From assembly GCA_038247415.1 (NCBI GenBank), contig JBBRUX010000015.1, positions 11,929 through 75,928 on the forward strand: a stretch of 64,000 nt of DNA, in the 5' to 3' direction. Position 1 is the stretch's first letter; the number at the start of each line of letters is the position of its first letter. A program made the position numbers and the translations under genes. Below, one piece after another: positions 9,350-19,480 of the stretch. Source of the stretch: Chitinivibrionales bacterium. Lineage in GTDB: Bacteria > Fibrobacterota > Chitinivibrionia > Chitinivibrionales > WJKA01. A model generated the notes under the pieces. It had not been told where the DNA came from. It did not search any database and was given only the letters and a program-made list of their open reading frames with translations.

Positions 9350-12300
9350 TTGGCTCTTATGCATTGTTCCATAGGTATTGATATAGGATCGACTACCGTC
9401 AAAGCCGTGGTGATGGACACATCGCATTCGATCCTTTTTAAACGCTATGTGCGTCATAACACTCGCCAATTAGAGCACGTTTACGAGCTCCTTACGGCTA
9501 TAGATGCCGAATTTCCTCATCATGCAAAACGCATTTATCTTACCGGAAGTGGATCACGACCTCTTATCGGTTTGCTCAAGGGTGTTTACATTCAAGAAGT
9601 TAATGCTGTTACCTATGCGGTAGAAAAGCTTTTCACCGATGTTGGCGCCGTGGTAGAGCTCGGAGGACAAGATGCGAAGGTCATTGTTTGGAAGACCGAT
9701 GCTGCAGGAAATAAGAGCGCGCTTACCTATATGAACGATAAATGCGCCGGTGGTACCGGAGCAACACTCGATAAAATTGTTGCCAAAGTTGGCATAGATC
9801 CCTCTCTACTTGGTTCTATTTCAGATGAAGGTGCAATGATTTATCACATTGCAGCTAAATGCGGTGTGTTTGCAGAAACAGATGTGGTTGGGCTTTTAAA
9901 AAGTGGTGCGTCAAAAATCGATGTTATTGTCTCCCTCTGTCACGCAATTGTCAAACAAAATTTGGAGGTTTTGGTTCGCGGGAATGTATTGCGCGATCGC
10001 GTCTGCCTGCTTGGGGGACCGCATCGATTCTTGCCCGTGCTCGCATCGGTGTGGCGTCATTACATTCGAAAAACATGGGCTCTTCATGGTCATGAGCCAC
10101 GAACACTCCCCGATGACAAGCTCATTTTTGTTCCCGAAGACTCTCATTATTTTGCGGCTATGGGGGCAATCTTTTTTGGCGAAGCAAACAGCTCAAAGAG
10201 CGTTGTGTTGCAAGAAAACGACACGCTGTATGCAGGCCCCGGGGCACTTGCAGATTTTATAACTACCGATCGATTAAAGCACCTTGAAGGAAGTGGCGCC
10301 ATACGTGCTGGCCTTGTTGAAACCGAACAGGAAGTAGAATTGTTTGTTTCCCGTTATGGAATTCCGACTTTTAAAGCGCCTCAGTTTGAGCCAGGGGCTT
10401 CACTTTCAGGCTATCTTGGCATCGATGGTGGGTCGACATCAACCAAAATGGTGATTATTGACAAAAAGGGATTAATCATATATCGCGACTATATGCTTTC
10501 GGGTGGAAATCCCGTTGCCGATGCTATTGCACTTTTCGGGCGCATGCAAAACTGGATACGCTGTGCGGGTATTACTCTCGACATATGCGGAACCGCGGTT
10601 ACAGGATATGCATCTGCGCTACTCAAGGCAGCATTCAAGCTCGATTGCGCTATTGTAGAAACAGTTGCTCATATGCGCTCTGCCGTGGCGAGCTATGGGG
10701 ATGTAGATGTTATCTGCGATGTAGGAGGGCAGGATATAAAGGTTCTTTTTCTCAAGCATGGGCGCGTCGTAGATTTCAAGCTCAATACGCAATGTAGTGC
10801 GGGAAACGGCTACTTTCTTCAGTCAATGGCCGAACAGTTTGGCGTGCCGCTTCACGAATACGCAGAGCGGGCATTTACGGCTCGAAAAGCGCCTGCATTT
10901 AATTATGGATGCGCTGTATTTATGGAACAAGATCGGGTAAATTTTCAGCAACTCGGGTGGACAAATAGCGAAATCATGGCCGGACTTGCCCTGGTACTTC
11001 CTTTAAATATCTGGAATTATGTAGTTCAAGAACCTCATATTGCCAAATTTGGTACCACCTTTCTTTTACAAGGAGGAACGCAGAAAAATGTAGCGGCAGC
11101 TAAAGCACAGGTCGATTATATCCTGCAAAAAGTACCCTCTGCCAAGGTACATGTTCATAAGCACGCAGAAATATGTGGAGCTTTAGGTGCAGCCATCGAA
11201 GCATCCGAACGCGTTACAACTTCAACGTTTGCAGGAGTTGCCGCGGCTGCTTTGGCAACCTTTACAACGAGCGCAAATGAAGAAACTCGGTGCGGGTTTT
11301 GTACCAATAAATGTCAACGAACATTTGTTGATGTAACGCTTTGTGCGAACACAATCCGCTTTATTACCGGAAATCAATGTGAAAAAGGTCAGATGGCAAG
11401 TCTTGATGAAGTCCAGGAATTTATGAAAGTTTCTTCGCAACAGCTTACGGGTGTGCGCAATCTCGTGGGCGAGGCGGCAGTGTCTGTTTTCGCACAAACA
11501 AAAGTCGATTGCTTGCCGCCAGAGGGTACTTCTTGCGCACCGATCAAATGGTTCGATGGATCCCGTTCGTTTTACGGAGCAAACAAAAAGGGAAAATTTA
11601 GAAGATCCGATGAACATGCGTCGGCATTGAGAGCTTCAATGAAAATAGGTATGCCAAGGCTGCTCAATATGTATTATGCAGCGCCTTTTTTTGATGCTTA
11701 TTTTCGTACCCTAGGAATTGCCGAAATTATCTGGTCCGATTATACTAGTCAAGCGCTATGGCAGGAGGGTAATACCTGGGGCTCAATAGATCCGTGTTTT
11801 CCTGCAAAAGTAGCCCCTGCTCATTTTTATAATTTACTCATGCATAAAGATGTAACCCATATCTGTTTTCCCATCATTACGCACCTGTTAACAGATCTTT
11901 CCGATTCCCTTGCAAATACTGCGTGTGCAATTCAAATGGGAACGCCTGAAGTTGTTCACGCATCATTTACAAAAGAGCTAGATGTCCTGCTGCAAAAAAA
12001 TATCGAATATTTTAAGCCGCTTGTAGTAATAGATCGACCCCTTGATGCATGTGGTCTCATGTACGATTATTTTGCAGACAGGCTCAAAATAACCCCCGAT
12101 GAAAACCAATGGGCAGTTAGTCAAGGCTTTTTGGCACTAGCGCGGTATCAAGATGTGCTGCAACAGAGTGGGGTGCAGGTTTTAAATCATCTCGTTGAAC
12201 ATGATAGAATCGGTGTGCTTGCAATTGGGCATCCCTATCATCACGATCCTGGGCTTAATCATGGTATTTTAGATGAATTCCAAAAGCGTGGATTTCCCGT

Positions 12301-12712
12301 TTTGTGTATCGAATCGTTGCCAACGAGTGACGATTTTTTAAAGCCGCTCTTCCCCGAATACGATACAACAAATTCGCATAAAGCAATGGGCATTCGTTCG
12401 CTCTGGCAGCGAAATTTTAACCGCAATACGAATCAGAAAATATGGGCCGCTACCATTGCTGCACGCCATCCAAATCTTGCAGTGGTAGATTTTTCGAGCT
12501 TTAAATGTGGGCACGATGCTCCAACCTATTCCTATATCGATGCAATTTTAGATGCTTCCGAAACACCGCATTTTCTCTTTCACGACCTCGATCAAAATAA
12601 ACCGCGGGCATCATTTCAGATCCGTTTGGAAACGATCGATTATTTCCTTCGTTTGGAAGAAGAAAAGCTTTGCGCGCGAGGTGTTGCACATAGTAAAGTT
12701 AATCAGGATTGA
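9350..12712 (+). CDS. BadF/BcrAD-type acyl-CoA reductase/dehydratase activase with two ASKHA domains plus DUF2229-like domain (PlsA/Ger-like)
   Basis: two GIDxGST motifs, ELGGQDAK / DVGGQDIK, KCAGGTG / QCSAGNG, CGVFAE / CAVFME, CGFCTNKC, DPCFPAK, SFKCGHD; start TTG 9350 or ATG 9359. Confidence 0.85.
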   Translation: MALMHCSIGIDIGSTTVKAVVMDTSHSILFKRYVRHNTRQLEHVYELLTAIDAEFPHHAKRIYLTGSGSRPLIGLLKGVYIQEVNAVTYAVEKLFTDVGAVVELGGQDAKVIVWKTDAAGNKSALTYMNDKCAGGTGATLDKIVAKVGIDPSLLGSISDEGAMIYHIAAKCGVFAETDVVGLLKSGASKIDVIVSLCHAIVKQNLEVLVRGNVLRDRVCLLGGPHRFLPVLASVWRHYIRKTWALHGHEPRTLPDDKLIFVPEDSHYFAAMGAIFFGEANSSKSVVLQENDTLYAGPGALADFITTDRLKHLEGSGAIRAGLVETEQEVELFVSRYGIPTFKAPQFEPGASLSGYLGIDGGSTSTKMVIIDKKGLIIYRDYMLSGGNPVADAIALFGRMQNWIRCAGITLDICGTAVTGYASALLKAAFKLDCAIVETVAHMRSAVASYGDVDVICDVGGQDIKVLFLKHGRVVDFKLNTQCSAGNGYFLQSMAEQFGVPLHEYAERAFTARKAPAFNYGCAVFMEQDRVNFQQLGWTNSEIMAGLALVLPLNIWNYVVQEPHIAKFGTTFLLQGGTQKNVAAAKAQVDYILQKVPSAKVHVHKHAEICGALGAAIEASERVTTSTFAGVAAAALATFTTSANEETRCGFCTNKCQRTFVDVTLCANTIRFITGNQCEKGQMASLDEVQEFMKVSSQQLTGVRNLVGEAAVSVFAQTKVDCLPPEGTSCAPIKWFDGSRSFYGANKKGKFRRSDEHASALRASMKIGMPRLLNMYYAAPFFDAYFRTLGIAEIIWSDYTSQALWQEGNTWGSIDPCFPAKVAPAHFYNLLMHKDVTHICFPIITHLLTDLSDSLANTACAIQMGTPEVVHASFTKELDVLLQKNIEYFKPLVVIDRPLDACGLMYDYFADRLKITPDENQWAVSQGFLALARYQDVLQQSGVQVLNHLVEHDRIGVLAIGHPYHHDPGLNHGILDEFQKRGFPVLCIESLPTSDDFLKPLFPEYDTTNSHKAMGIRSLWQRNFNRNTNQKIWAATIAARHPNLAVVDFSSFKCGHDAPTYSYIDAILDASETPHFLFHDLDQNKPRASFQIRLETIDYFLRLEEEKLCARGVAHSKVNQD

Positions 12713-12716
12713 TACC

Positions 12717-14132
12717 ATGAAAATAAATAAAACACAATCGGAATCACCGGGGGCTGTTGCGCCAAAGTTTGCTAAGAAGCAACAATGGAAGGGTTATGCC
12801 AATCCTCTGTGGCATAAGAAAGATAAAGCCGAGGTAACTATTATCTATAGCTTTATCGAACGGCGCAAATCATTCTTGTTGCGGGCATATTTCGATCGTC
12901 ATGGATATCGGTATCGCGACCTTGGCGACCATGTGCGCGAAGATGTCCGGTTTGGCAAAGAGTATGGAAATCGCATGGAATGCAATCCGATGTACTTTAC
13001 GTCTGGTGCCCTTATCAAAACATTGTTTGCGATCGAAGCAGAAACAGGCCTTTCAAAAGAGGAAATTGTAAAAAAATATGTTTTTTTAGGCGGGGGCGGG
13101 CAGTGCGGCCCTTGTCGATATGGCATGTACCCTATGGAGTATTTCAAGGTTGTCAATGATGCGGGTTTTAAAAATTTTCGCATGTTTCTACTCACCTCAG
13201 ATATCAACGAGCCCTCTCCTAAAGGTAGTGCATTCTCATTTGATATGCCTTTTTATCTTAATTTTACCATCGGATTTGTTCTGGGCGATCTCATGCATAT
13301 GGCAGAATGCGCTTTGCGTCCGTATGCACTCGATAAAGGCAATGCGCTTGAAACGGTAGAGAATGTTCAGCAGCAACTCTATGAGGCTTTTAAAAGCAGA
13401 TTGTTTTTATTTAAACTCCCTTTTGCATTGCATCGCGCTGGAACAATACTTGGTAATCTTCGTCGTAGTCTGGTTTCATTGCCCTACGTTTATATCACTG
13501 GAGAAGTTTTTGCCAATCTTGCTCACAATGAGGGTAATTATAACTTGCGCCGCTTTGTGATGGATGAGGGGTGTGAGGTAAACCCGGGTCTTTTTACCAA
13601 CAGAGCACTTTACGATTTGTGGCGTCGCACTAAAGAAGCAGAACGACGTATTCGGTTTGCAAAGGATCCTTTAGAGCTAAAAACGTGGCGTAAGAGTTTG
13701 CGCAAACAAAAGACAAGCCGCTTTATTGTGCTTAGTGTTTATAAGCTATTTGTCAAGTTCTTTGATCCAGAGAAGTTTGGAGGCAAATACGAGCTGCACT
13801 CTATCGATCATTTGGCGGCTCTTGGCAAACCGTATTATCATCCCGAAATTTTTGGGGGAGAAGGCAATCTGGAAATTGGTGAAGCTATTGCAATGGCAGA
13901 TACATGCGATGGATTTATATCGTCAAAACCATTTGGTTGTATGCCGTCATCAGGGGTATCGGATGGGGTTATGTCAAAAATCTTAGGAATGTTTCCGCAG
14001 ATAAATTTCGTATCTATCGAGACAAGTGGCGATAATGAAGTAAGTATTTTAAGTCGCGTTTCAATGCTCATTTTTAAAGCTCGTGAAAAAATGAAACGGC
14101 GCACGTCGGGTAGTAACAAGGAGTCCCTTTGA
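12717..14132 (+). CDS. 2-hydroxyacyl-CoA dehydratase-like Fe-S partner (PlsR-like)
   Basis: start re-assigned to ATG 12717; ECNPMYFT, GQCGPCRYGMY, ITGE, GGEG, KPFGCMP, IETSGD motifs. Confidence 0.8.
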   Translation: MKINKTQSESPGAVAPKFAKKQQWKGYANPLWHKKDKAEVTIIYSFIERRKSFLLRAYFDRHGYRYRDLGDHVREDVRFGKEYGNRMECNPMYFTSGALIKTLFAIEAETGLSKEEIVKKYVFLGGGGQCGPCRYGMYPMEYFKVVNDAGFKNFRMFLLTSDINEPSPKGSAFSFDMPFYLNFTIGFVLGDLMHMAECALRPYALDKGNALETVENVQQQLYEAFKSRLFLFKLPFALHRAGTILGNLRRSLVSLPYVYITGEVFANLAHNEGNYNLRRFVMDEGCEVNPGLFTNRALYDLWRRTKEAERRIRFAKDPLELKTWRKSLRKQKTSRFIVLSVYKLFVKFFDPEKFGGKYELHSIDHLAALGKPYYHPEIFGGEGNLEIGEAIAMADTCDGFISSKPFGCMPSSGVSDGVMSKILGMFPQINFVSIETSGDNEVSILSRVSMLIFKAREKMKRRTSGSNKESL

Positions 14133-15166
14133 AAGTAATTCGCCTCGTGTTTATGGCTTTCTTGTGTGGTGCAGCCACAACGTTTGCAACAACCAAGATC
14201 CTTTTTTTGCCGTTTGATGATCGTGTCAAATTGAAGGATACCTGGGTATTGGGTGTTGATGTTCCTCGATATTTTAGCACCATGGTAGATACCATTGGTT
14301 CTTACGGCAAATACGATTCGAGCCTTGCAATTGTTCCGTTTGATAGCGTTTTAAATTGTATCAAATCCAATTCTTGGAGCCGCGTAGAGTATACTTCTCC
14401 TTTATACATAGTAAAGTTGGCCCATCGATTTAAGGCCGATTATGTTATCAATGGAACCGTAGCCGTATTCAAGGTTGTAAAGCGTGCAGTCAATACAACT
14501 GCCCCCTTATACGGAGGTGCCGATCTTTCGTCGGTTGTTAAAAATACCACTGGGGGCGGGGGTATTACGGTCATGGGCGGTCTTCAATCATATACCGCTA
14601 CAGCCGTTATGGGACTCGACCTGCTCGATGGCAGTACAGGTCAGGCTCTTTTTCAAATTCCTCTTAATACAAGCGAAAAAGATGGTGGATTTAAAATTTA
14701 TGCTACGTTTCAGTCCAATAATCCCGAGATGGATTATTACGAAATGAGTACTACGCCTTTTGGATCGCCTTCGTTTCAAAGAAGTGTGCCCGGTATCGTA
14801 ATGAAAACGTTTTCGCAGGATATTCAAAACAAGGTGTGCCTTTATAAACCTGTCGAGAAACAACCCAAGCAAACAGACCGCAGTTATAGCGTGGGAAGCG
14901 TCTTGGAAAGATCCGGTAGCGACGTGTACATTAATTTTGGTAGCGCAGACAATGTAATGCAAGGCGAAGAAATAGAGGTGCAACGCCCAGATCATGCCAT
15001 CATCGTGGCTGGCGATACGCTTGGATGGTCGGATAAGACCGTAGGAGTTATTCGAGTCCGCTTTATTAAATCACCTCACTTGTCACAAGCAAGCATAGTT
15101 TCAGAGGTAGATTCTATCCGCTCTGGCGATGCAATACGCTTTGTAATGGTGCCATCTTCCCGATAA
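14129..15166 (+). CDS. exported protein with CsgG/TolB-N-like fold and FlgT-C-like C-terminal domain
   Basis: TTG start overlapping upstream TGA; signal peptide; 'KILFLPF', 'ADYVINGTV', 'VYINFGSADNVMQGEEIEV...IRSGDAI'. Confidence 0.55.
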   Translation: MKVIRLVFMAFLCGAATTFATTKILFLPFDDRVKLKDTWVLGVDVPRYFSTMVDTIGSYGKYDSSLAIVPFDSVLNCIKSNSWSRVEYTSPLYIVKLAHRFKADYVINGTVAVFKVVKRAVNTTAPLYGGADLSSVVKNTTGGGGITVMGGLQSYTATAVMGLDLLDGSTGQALFQIPLNTSEKDGGFKIYATFQSNNPEMDYYEMSTTPFGSPSFQRSVPGIVMKTFSQDIQNKVCLYKPVEKQPKQTDRSYSVGSVLERSGSDVYINFGSADNVMQGEEIEVQRPDHAIIVAGDTLGWSDKTVGVIRVRFIKSPHLSQASIVSEVDSIRSGDAIRFVMVPSSR

Positions 15167-15469
15167 ACCCCCAATTGTGCGCCTTATTCTAGTAGGCGCA
15201 TGTTGAAATTTGCATTCAACGATTTGTCAAACCCTGTGCAGCTTTCTACAAATTTCTAAGTATATTATAACGTAGAATCTCGATGTGAAAGCAGTTGGCG
15301 CCCTTACTAAATTGTCAATGCTCATAGTAGGTTTTAATATAAGACCGCTGTTGGGGTTGGTTTTGTCGAGAAAAATATATATTTTCTCATACGATTAAAT
15401 TCCATGGGTAGAGGCTATCTGATTCCTATTGGATATTATTGTACTTGAAGCGTTCAAGGAGCTAGCCAC

Positions 15470-18400
15470 ATGAATCGCACGTTATCTATTCTTACTCTGA
15501 GCATTATTCTTACAATAGTAGGAAGCAGCGCTCAATCGCTTACCGATAAGCTTTCGGAATCGAATAACTTCTATTCGAACTACGGTAAAGAACCCTACGC
15601 TAAGCTCAAGATCGAGAAAGATGTTATTGGCCTCTACGACCAATTTGGAGAGCATATCACCGATGGTATATTTATTTATGACTTGCATAATAGCGATTAT
15701 AATATTCACAAAACACGCGATCGAACAATACCGGACTCATTAGCTTTCTCTCGAAGCAGCGAATTCCAAAAGAGCGATTTCTTTGATAAATTTTCAAATT
15801 TAGTGGTGACCCAAGATGCTATTGGTGGTACCAAATCATCTTTCATCCTTGGCGACCAAATTCAAACCCGTTTTACTCCATTGACATTTAATAAAGTAAA
15901 TTTTAAAGGTGTTCGCTGGGATATTTGGTCGAGCAATCTCCAATTTACTGGGTTGTTATCTAGAACGAGCCCTGGCGCCTTGGCGAAAAAAAGCACAGAT
16001 GCGATTTCTTTAGTTGAATACCCTTCGACAACCGAAAGCTTCCCTTATAATTATTATAATATCCAGGGTGATCAGGGTCCTGGAGGAATCAATGGTCAAA
16101 ATGATTTTTCTTCTAAATCGCCTTTTGGCGATTATAATTGGTTATGGGCTTTGCATGCACAACAAAATATTGCGAATAAGGTAGATGTTGGATTAACCTA
16201 TATCAATCATCATGTTTCAGATACCAAAAAAGGTGAAAAGTGGTTTGAGGGAGATTTGCCCGAGGGTTGGATGCCACGGGAAATTCATTTTGAATTTTTT
16301 GATGCAACGCCTCTCGATTCAAATGATGCTGGTGCCTATGTTAATGATGTTACAATGTATATCAATGGTAGCCTTGTTACATCTCGTTCTGGATACAAAA
16401 ATAGAAATGTCTATGTTGGTGTTCCCGACTCTACGTTGTTGCCTAAGGAATTGCCATTATCAAGGCCGCAATCAGGAAATATTCCTGTAATAGTTACTTT
16501 TAATACCGATCCTCAAACCTGGAAGTTTACAGACGGGAAACAGTCGCTAAAATCGGAAAGAGAAATTAAAGAAATTAACTTTAAATACATAGTAGCTGGT
16601 CAATATACTGTTTTCGTTTCCACGAGTAAGCAGATACCTCTGGGAATTCAGGGAACCAGCGATCCGCAAACAGGCGAAATTGTATATCAAAATATCGATA
16701 AAAGTGTAGAAGATATTTATAATGGGGATCAAAATTCTCCCATTAAAATTAGTGCAGGTACAACTTCCATGGGAGCTATTGGACCTAGATTTATTAACAG
16801 TCATTCAACCACCTATTTCGGCTCGTATATTCGTCAGTCTGCAAAACAATTACCCTGGACCTACGAGCAATTTAAAGACGCAATACTCCAACCCGGGTTT
16901 GTAGATAATCCTACCTCAGTAGATAAGTATAATCTTGGCAAGTACGAATACAAATTTGGATCCAATATTTCCTCTATAACGTATGGTGTAGATTTTAAAG
17001 GTGAAATTGGGGGCGTAAACTTTAAAGGGGAATTTGCCTGGAATAAGAAAAAAGACAAATTTCCTGGTGGAGATGTTATCGATTCAATCGGTGATTTTGG
17101 TAGAAATAATCGCTGGGTGGGTACCCTCAAATTAGATAAGAATCTTACGCCTAAAATGACTATTGCTTCCGATCTGTATTACATTTCTCCAGATTGGAAA
17201 ACAAATCTCGATTTACTTCAAGCGAGTAGGTATTTCAAGGAAACTAATTACAAACAGTTTATCTCAATCAATCCCGATTATGCAGGAGGGTCGCTTCCAG
17301 ACTATCTTTCCTATCCAAAACCATTTAATGCTGGATGGAACAATATCGACGATAATGATGATAACGATTATTACCCAGAAAATGATGTGCGCAGGTATCC
17401 TGCAGATCAGAGTGCCGATGCACAGGGAGCCTTTTATACAGACGGAAAAATTAAAGGTTCTTTACAAAAATTAGTGCGACTGCCTTCAAACATGTATATC
17501 CCCTATGATGACATTGATGGTGTTGTTGCATCAAAAAGCGATAGAAATCGAAACGGGGTTCCCGATTACTTAGAAGATTTTCTGCTTTTTAGCTCTGATC
17601 CTTCTGTGTTTGAAATGGGAAACGATTTAAATCATAATAGCATTCCCGATGATCAGGACGATGATCTACAACCAGATTATGGGCACCCAGTGGGGTCTGA
17701 AATTACAGCAGATGGAATCAAGACTACCGGTATTAAAGGCATTCGATTGAATACAAAATGGACTCTTTCTAATAACCTAACAGTAGATGCGGGGCTTGTT
17801 GGTGAGTCTATACTGGATTACGATCTTGATGGGATATCAGACGCGTTTCAGTCTGTTAAAGTTGACCATGGAGATTTCTTTGATAAAAAATCCTTTGAAT
17901 TATACAATCTGATTTCTTTTCAGGCTGTCAAACGTACCGAAGGTATAATGTATCAGCTCGGCAATGAGTTTAGAGCAACAAAGGATGTTATTCGAGATGA
18001 TGTCATTAGATCCCGTGGTTTGAATGGCAACGGAAAATATATTGTTGATTACGAGTTTTATATCGATCCTCTCGATTATCGGCAAGCAATTACAGATAAC
18101 ATTGTGGGTAGTGTTACCTATACTAATATTAAAAATTTTTACTATGGCATTCGTGCAAAAATTGGCTTGCAAGGAAGAATAGGCATTCCTGATCGACAAT
18201 TTAGTCGTCCCTATAGCTTTTATGATAACTATTCTGGAAATACTATTTTTGCGGCAGTTCAGGATTCGTATCCCACCCGATTTCTTACCGATTTGTATCT
18301 CTCCAATAAAGTGAGCTATAACTTTAATTTTAAAATCGACGAAGACGATTGGCGAAAGTCGTTCATGTTCCTTAATAATCTTGAGATTATTCCTCAATAT

Positions 18401-18913
18401 AAAATTCTTGTATATAATTCTCGTGAAATGTATGGGCCAAATTCAGGAGGAGATCCTTCGAATTTGAATGTAAACCTGAGGTATGATGCCAATCGAGATC
18501 TTCTGATTGATAGTCTTGATGATAAATCAGATCTAAATAATACTACCAATGCGCGTCAAGCCCGAGTTGCATCAGAAAAATTTCGCAACGCAAATTTCAC
18601 TCGAGTTTCAAATGTCCCTATTGTGCGGATAAATTATAAGATTGCAGAAAATACCCAGCTTCAATTTGGTGTTCAAGGGTATCAATTTCTCGATTTTGTT
18701 ACGCCAAATAATAATGTTTTTTCTTGGACTTGGCTTGGGCAGGTCGTTGCTAAATCGAGTTATAAAGGATACAATGTCACAATTTTTCTCGGCGCTCGAC
18801 AAAAGGATGTGTATTATAATGCAAATGCATATGATCCCGTATTACAAACGGGCCAACCATTTCTCAGTCTGAAAAACTCTGAATTCTTTGTTCAAGTTTT
18901 CTCCGGAAGTTAA
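15470..18913 (+). CDS. large exported, probable outer-membrane protein with Asp-rich Ca-binding-like repeats
   Basis: AGGAG RBS; signal peptide; amphipathic beta-strand stretches; DDNDDND, DRNRNGVPD, DLNHNSIPD, DYDLDGISD; ends FFVQVFSGS. Confidence 0.7.
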   Translation: MNRTLSILTLSIILTIVGSSAQSLTDKLSESNNFYSNYGKEPYAKLKIEKDVIGLYDQFGEHITDGIFIYDLHNSDYNIHKTRDRTIPDSLAFSRSSEFQKSDFFDKFSNLVVTQDAIGGTKSSFILGDQIQTRFTPLTFNKVNFKGVRWDIWSSNLQFTGLLSRTSPGALAKKSTDAISLVEYPSTTESFPYNYYNIQGDQGPGGINGQNDFSSKSPFGDYNWLWALHAQQNIANKVDVGLTYINHHVSDTKKGEKWFEGDLPEGWMPREIHFEFFDATPLDSNDAGAYVNDVTMYINGSLVTSRSGYKNRNVYVGVPDSTLLPKELPLSRPQSGNIPVIVTFNTDPQTWKFTDGKQSLKSEREIKEINFKYIVAGQYTVFVSTSKQIPLGIQGTSDPQTGEIVYQNIDKSVEDIYNGDQNSPIKISAGTTSMGAIGPRFINSHSTTYFGSYIRQSAKQLPWTYEQFKDAILQPGFVDNPTSVDKYNLGKYEYKFGSNISSITYGVDFKGEIGGVNFKGEFAWNKKKDKFPGGDVIDSIGDFGRNNRWVGTLKLDKNLTPKMTIASDLYYISPDWKTNLDLLQASRYFKETNYKQFISINPDYAGGSLPDYLSYPKPFNAGWNNIDDNDDNDYYPENDVRRYPADQSADAQGAFYTDGKIKGSLQKLVRLPSNMYIPYDDIDGVVASKSDRNRNGVPDYLEDFLLFSSDPSVFEMGNDLNHNSIPDDQDDDLQPDYGHPVGSEITADGIKTTGIKGIRLNTKWTLSNNLTVDAGLVGESILDYDLDGISDAFQSVKVDHGDFFDKKSFELYNLISFQAVKRTEGIMYQLGNEFRATKDVIRDDVIRSRGLNGNGKYIVDYEFYIDPLDYRQAITDNIVGSVTYTNIKNFYYGIRAKIGLQGRIGIPDRQFSRPYSFYDNYSGNTIFAAVQDSYPTRFLTDLYLSNKVSYNFNFKIDEDDWRKSFMFLNNLEIIPQYKILVYNSREMYGPNSGGDPSNLNVNLRYDANRDLLIDSLDDKSDLNNTTNARQARVASEKFRNANFTRVSNVPIVRINYKIAENTQLQFGVQGYQFLDFVTPNNNVFSWTWLGQVVAKSSYKGYNVTIFLGARQKDVYYNANAYDPVLQTGQPFLSLKNSEFFVQVFSGS

Positions 18914-18936
18914 GCGACGATTAAAGAGGAGCTACT

Positions 18937-19455
18937 ATGAAAAATTTAAAGTGTCAAGCGTATTGCGTTGGGCTCATTGCTGTTATTATGGTGTCGTTAT
19001 GCAGCGCACGAGATGGCGGAATTGTTATTGGTTCGGTGGCTTTTCCAGGTATGGGACAGCTCTCCAATGGGCAAACTGCTAAAGGACTTTCCATTATGGC
19101 ATCCGAAGCGTTGCTTATTAGTTTAACATTTAATCAAATGGCAACCATGAATGCATCCGAATACGAAACCAAGTATCGCAAAATTGAATTTGAGCGAGGT
19201 GGGTCGTATACCGATGTAAACGAAACATTTGCACTATGGCAAGATGCATATAACCGAACAAATAAAGCAAAGGTTAATACGTGGGTTTTTGGAGGGTTGT
19301 CGGTTGGTTTGTGGGTGCTAAATATTGCCGATGCTTTCTTTTTTCAAAAAGAAACTGCAGACGTTGAAACGTCGTTATTGCATACCCTTCGAAAAAATAT
19401 GCAACTTTCTGCAACAACTCAAGGTGCAACCTTAAATTATACAGTACAGTTTTAA
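18937..19455 (+). CDS. DUF5683-like exported/membrane protein
   Basis: GAGGAG RBS; 'SVAFPGMGQ...KG....E' motif; 'WVLNIADA'; terminal Phe. Confidence 0.55.
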   Translation: MKNLKCQAYCVGLIAVIMVSLCSARDGGIVIGSVAFPGMGQLSNGQTAKGLSIMASEALLISLTFNQMATMNASEYETKYRKIEFERGGSYTDVNETFALWQDAYNRTNKAKVNTWVFGGLSVGLWVLNIADAFFFQKETADVETSLLHTLRKNMQLSATTQGATLNYTVQF

Positions 19456-19480
19456 TGTTAAAATATCAGAGGATAAAGCT

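Noticed and set aside
15178..15200. hairpin TGCGCCT...AGGCGCA as a terminator
   Set aside because: The stem is real but has no U-tract; function uncertain
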